Both the position numbers and the translations under genes were made by a program. 5,473 bases of DNA from a virus (Duplodnaviria > Heunggongvirae > Uroviricota > Caudoviricetes): the IMG/VR virus record IMGVR_UViG_2778261058_000013. One strand, 5' to 3'. The first letter of the stretch is position 1. The number at the start of each line of letters is the position of its first letter. This document shows positions 4,232-5,473 of the stretch, one piece after another. The notes beneath the pieces were generated by a model. The model worked only from the letters and a program-made list of their open reading frames with translations, had not been told where the DNA came from and made no database searches.

Positions 4232-5473
4232 TTACACGGCACGGATACCCCTTTTACCACTGGCTATGGTCACTCCGGTAGCTGCGGCCTCTACAAATTC
4301 CCCCCACCAGCGCATAAGCACCACGCGCTTTTCCAGGTAGTTACTTCTGTTATATGCCCGCCTTACCTCGTTCGTGTCCACGTGTGCGAGTGCGGCCTCG
4401 ATTACGTCCGGCTCGAATCCTTCCTCGTTCGCTGCTGTACTGAATATGGCGCGTAATCCGTGAGACACCAGCACACCAGCGTATCCCATCCGGCGCAATG
4501 CAGCGTTAGCGGTCTGGCTGCTCATTGGCAGCATTGGATTTTTAAGGCTGGGAAAAACATGTTCCCTGTGTGCGCTGATTGGCTTCATGGTTTCCAGTAC
4601 AGCCATAGCCTGACCGCAAAGGGGGATCACGTGGTCACGGCGCATCTTCATGCGTCCGGCTGGAATCGTCCATGTTTCGGCATCGAGATCTATTTCTTCC
4701 CAGCGTGCGGCGGCTGCTTCGGCTGGGCGTGCTACGGTCAGCAGTTGCCACTCAATCAGCAATCTGGTTTGCCGTTCTATGCTGGCGACCGATAAATCGT
4801 GCATTAGCTGCGGTAGCTGTTCCGGTCGGATGGTTGGCATGTGCTTTTTGGTGGGTGAGGGGAATGCCTTGCGGACGTTCGCGGCGGTGTTGATGTCAAT
4901 CAGCCCACTGTTGGCAGCAAAATCCATCACTTCATTGATGCGTTGTAAAACGCGTTTCAGGGTTTCCAGGTTGCCGCGTGCTTTAATGGGGGTGAGTATC
5001 TCAACAAAGCGGCGAGCTGTGAGGGTATCTATTGGCGTGTTTCCGATGTACGGGAATACGTATTTTTCCAGGGATCGCCAGATATCCTTAATCGTGTTGT
5101 AAGCCAGATTCTGGCCTTTTTTCATCTCGTACCAGTCCGAGGCAACTTTTTCGAACGTGTTGCCCTTTTTCCGACTCTCTGCTTCACGTTTCCGGCGTTC
5201 GTGGTCCTGTGGGTCAACTCCCTTCGCTATGAGTGACCTGTATTCATTCCGTCGTTCTCTGGCATCGGACAGGGAAACATCATTCAGCGATCCGAGGCTG
5301 ATGATAGTCCGTTTTTTATCTGCCGGGCGGTAGTACGTAAAACGCCAGATTTTTGATCCGGAGGGTTTCACCAGAAGAAATAATCCTCCACCATCCTGCA
5401 GGGTGTATTCCTTTTCCCCTGGTCGTGCGTTTTTGATCTCCGTAATGGTTAGTGGGGTGGTTTTTCGTGCCAT
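4232..5473 (-). CDS. int: Site-specific tyrosine recombinase, P4-type phage integrase (413 aa, complete)
   Basis: ORF-track ORF; ATG at the window edge (5473..5471). The N-terminus MARKTTPLTITEIKNARPGEKEYTLQDGGGLFLLVKPSGSKIWRFTYY is typical of the arm-binding domain of P4-like integrases; the C-terminal domain has the HxLR motif (VSHGLRAIF) and a catalytic-Tyr context (RRAYNRSNYLEKR). Confidence 0.95.
   Translation of the reverse strand: MARKTTPLTITEIKNARPGEKEYTLQDGGGLFLLVKPSGSKIWRFTYYRPADKKRTIISLGSLNDVSLSDARERRNEYRSLIAKGVDPQDHERRKREAESRKKGNTFEKVASDWYEMKKGQNLAYNTIKDIWRSLEKYVFPYIGNTPIDTLTARRFVEILTPIKARGNLETLKRVLQRINEVMDFAANSGLIDINTAANVRKAFPSPTKKHMPTIRPEQLPQLMHDLSVASIERQTRLLIEWQLLTVARPAEAAAARWEEIDLDAETWTIPAGRMKMRRDHVIPLCGQAMAVLETMKPISAHREHVFPSLKNPMLPMSSQTANAALRRMGYAGVLVSHGLRAIFSTAANEEGFEPDVIEAALAHVDTNEVRRAYNRSNYLEKRVVLMRWWGEFVEAAATGVTIASGKRGIRAV

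Larger units (their letters stand above)
1..5473. mobile_element. Part of an integrative satellite-phage-like element or genomic island (integrase, AlpA-type regulator, small-ORF operon, primase-like replication gene); element boundaries are outside the window
   Basis: Co-oriented int, alpA and primase-like genes with tightly packed or overlapping small ORFs is the typical layout of P4-like satellites and Gram-negative phage-inducible islands. No att repeat or tRNA is seen in the window. Confidence 0.7.

Noticed and set aside
4068-5102. Plus-strand ORFs 4068..4340, 4202..4456, 4460..4795, 4650..5102 and 4672..4893
   Set aside because: All are antisense to the complete, motif-bearing integrase gene.
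1-5473. tRNA gene, att core repeat or CRISPR array
   Set aside because: No cloverleaf-like or repeat-spacer structure was seen. The integrase start is at the window edge, so any tRNA or att junction would lie beyond 5473.

Overview
The window looks like the integration, regulation and replication end of a P4-like satellite or phage-inducible island, encoded almost entirely on the minus strand. All translations and motif searches were done by eye from the sequence; no homology search was possible, so family assignments rest on recognisable motifs. Reading the minus strand from the right edge: a complete P4-type tyrosine integrase (4232..5473), an 80-aa ORF with a GTG start, an intrinsic terminator, a tandem-repeat region, an AlpA/Vis-family regulator (3497..3703), then a compact operon of five overlapping small ORFs (2580 down to 1398) feeding into a large primase-like replication gene (1401..1) that runs off the window. 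Two small plus-strand genes (2780..2959, 3017..3214) are transcribed divergently from that operon, with three copies of a 12-bp operator-like motif between them. Most worth a second look are two poly-G tracts (G7 and G8 on the coding strand) at reading-frame discontinuities in the small-ORF operon, a candidate small RNA locus, and the uncharacterised small-ORF cluster itself. No tRNA, rRNA, CRISPR array or att site is visible; the att/tRNA junction would lie beyond position 5473.
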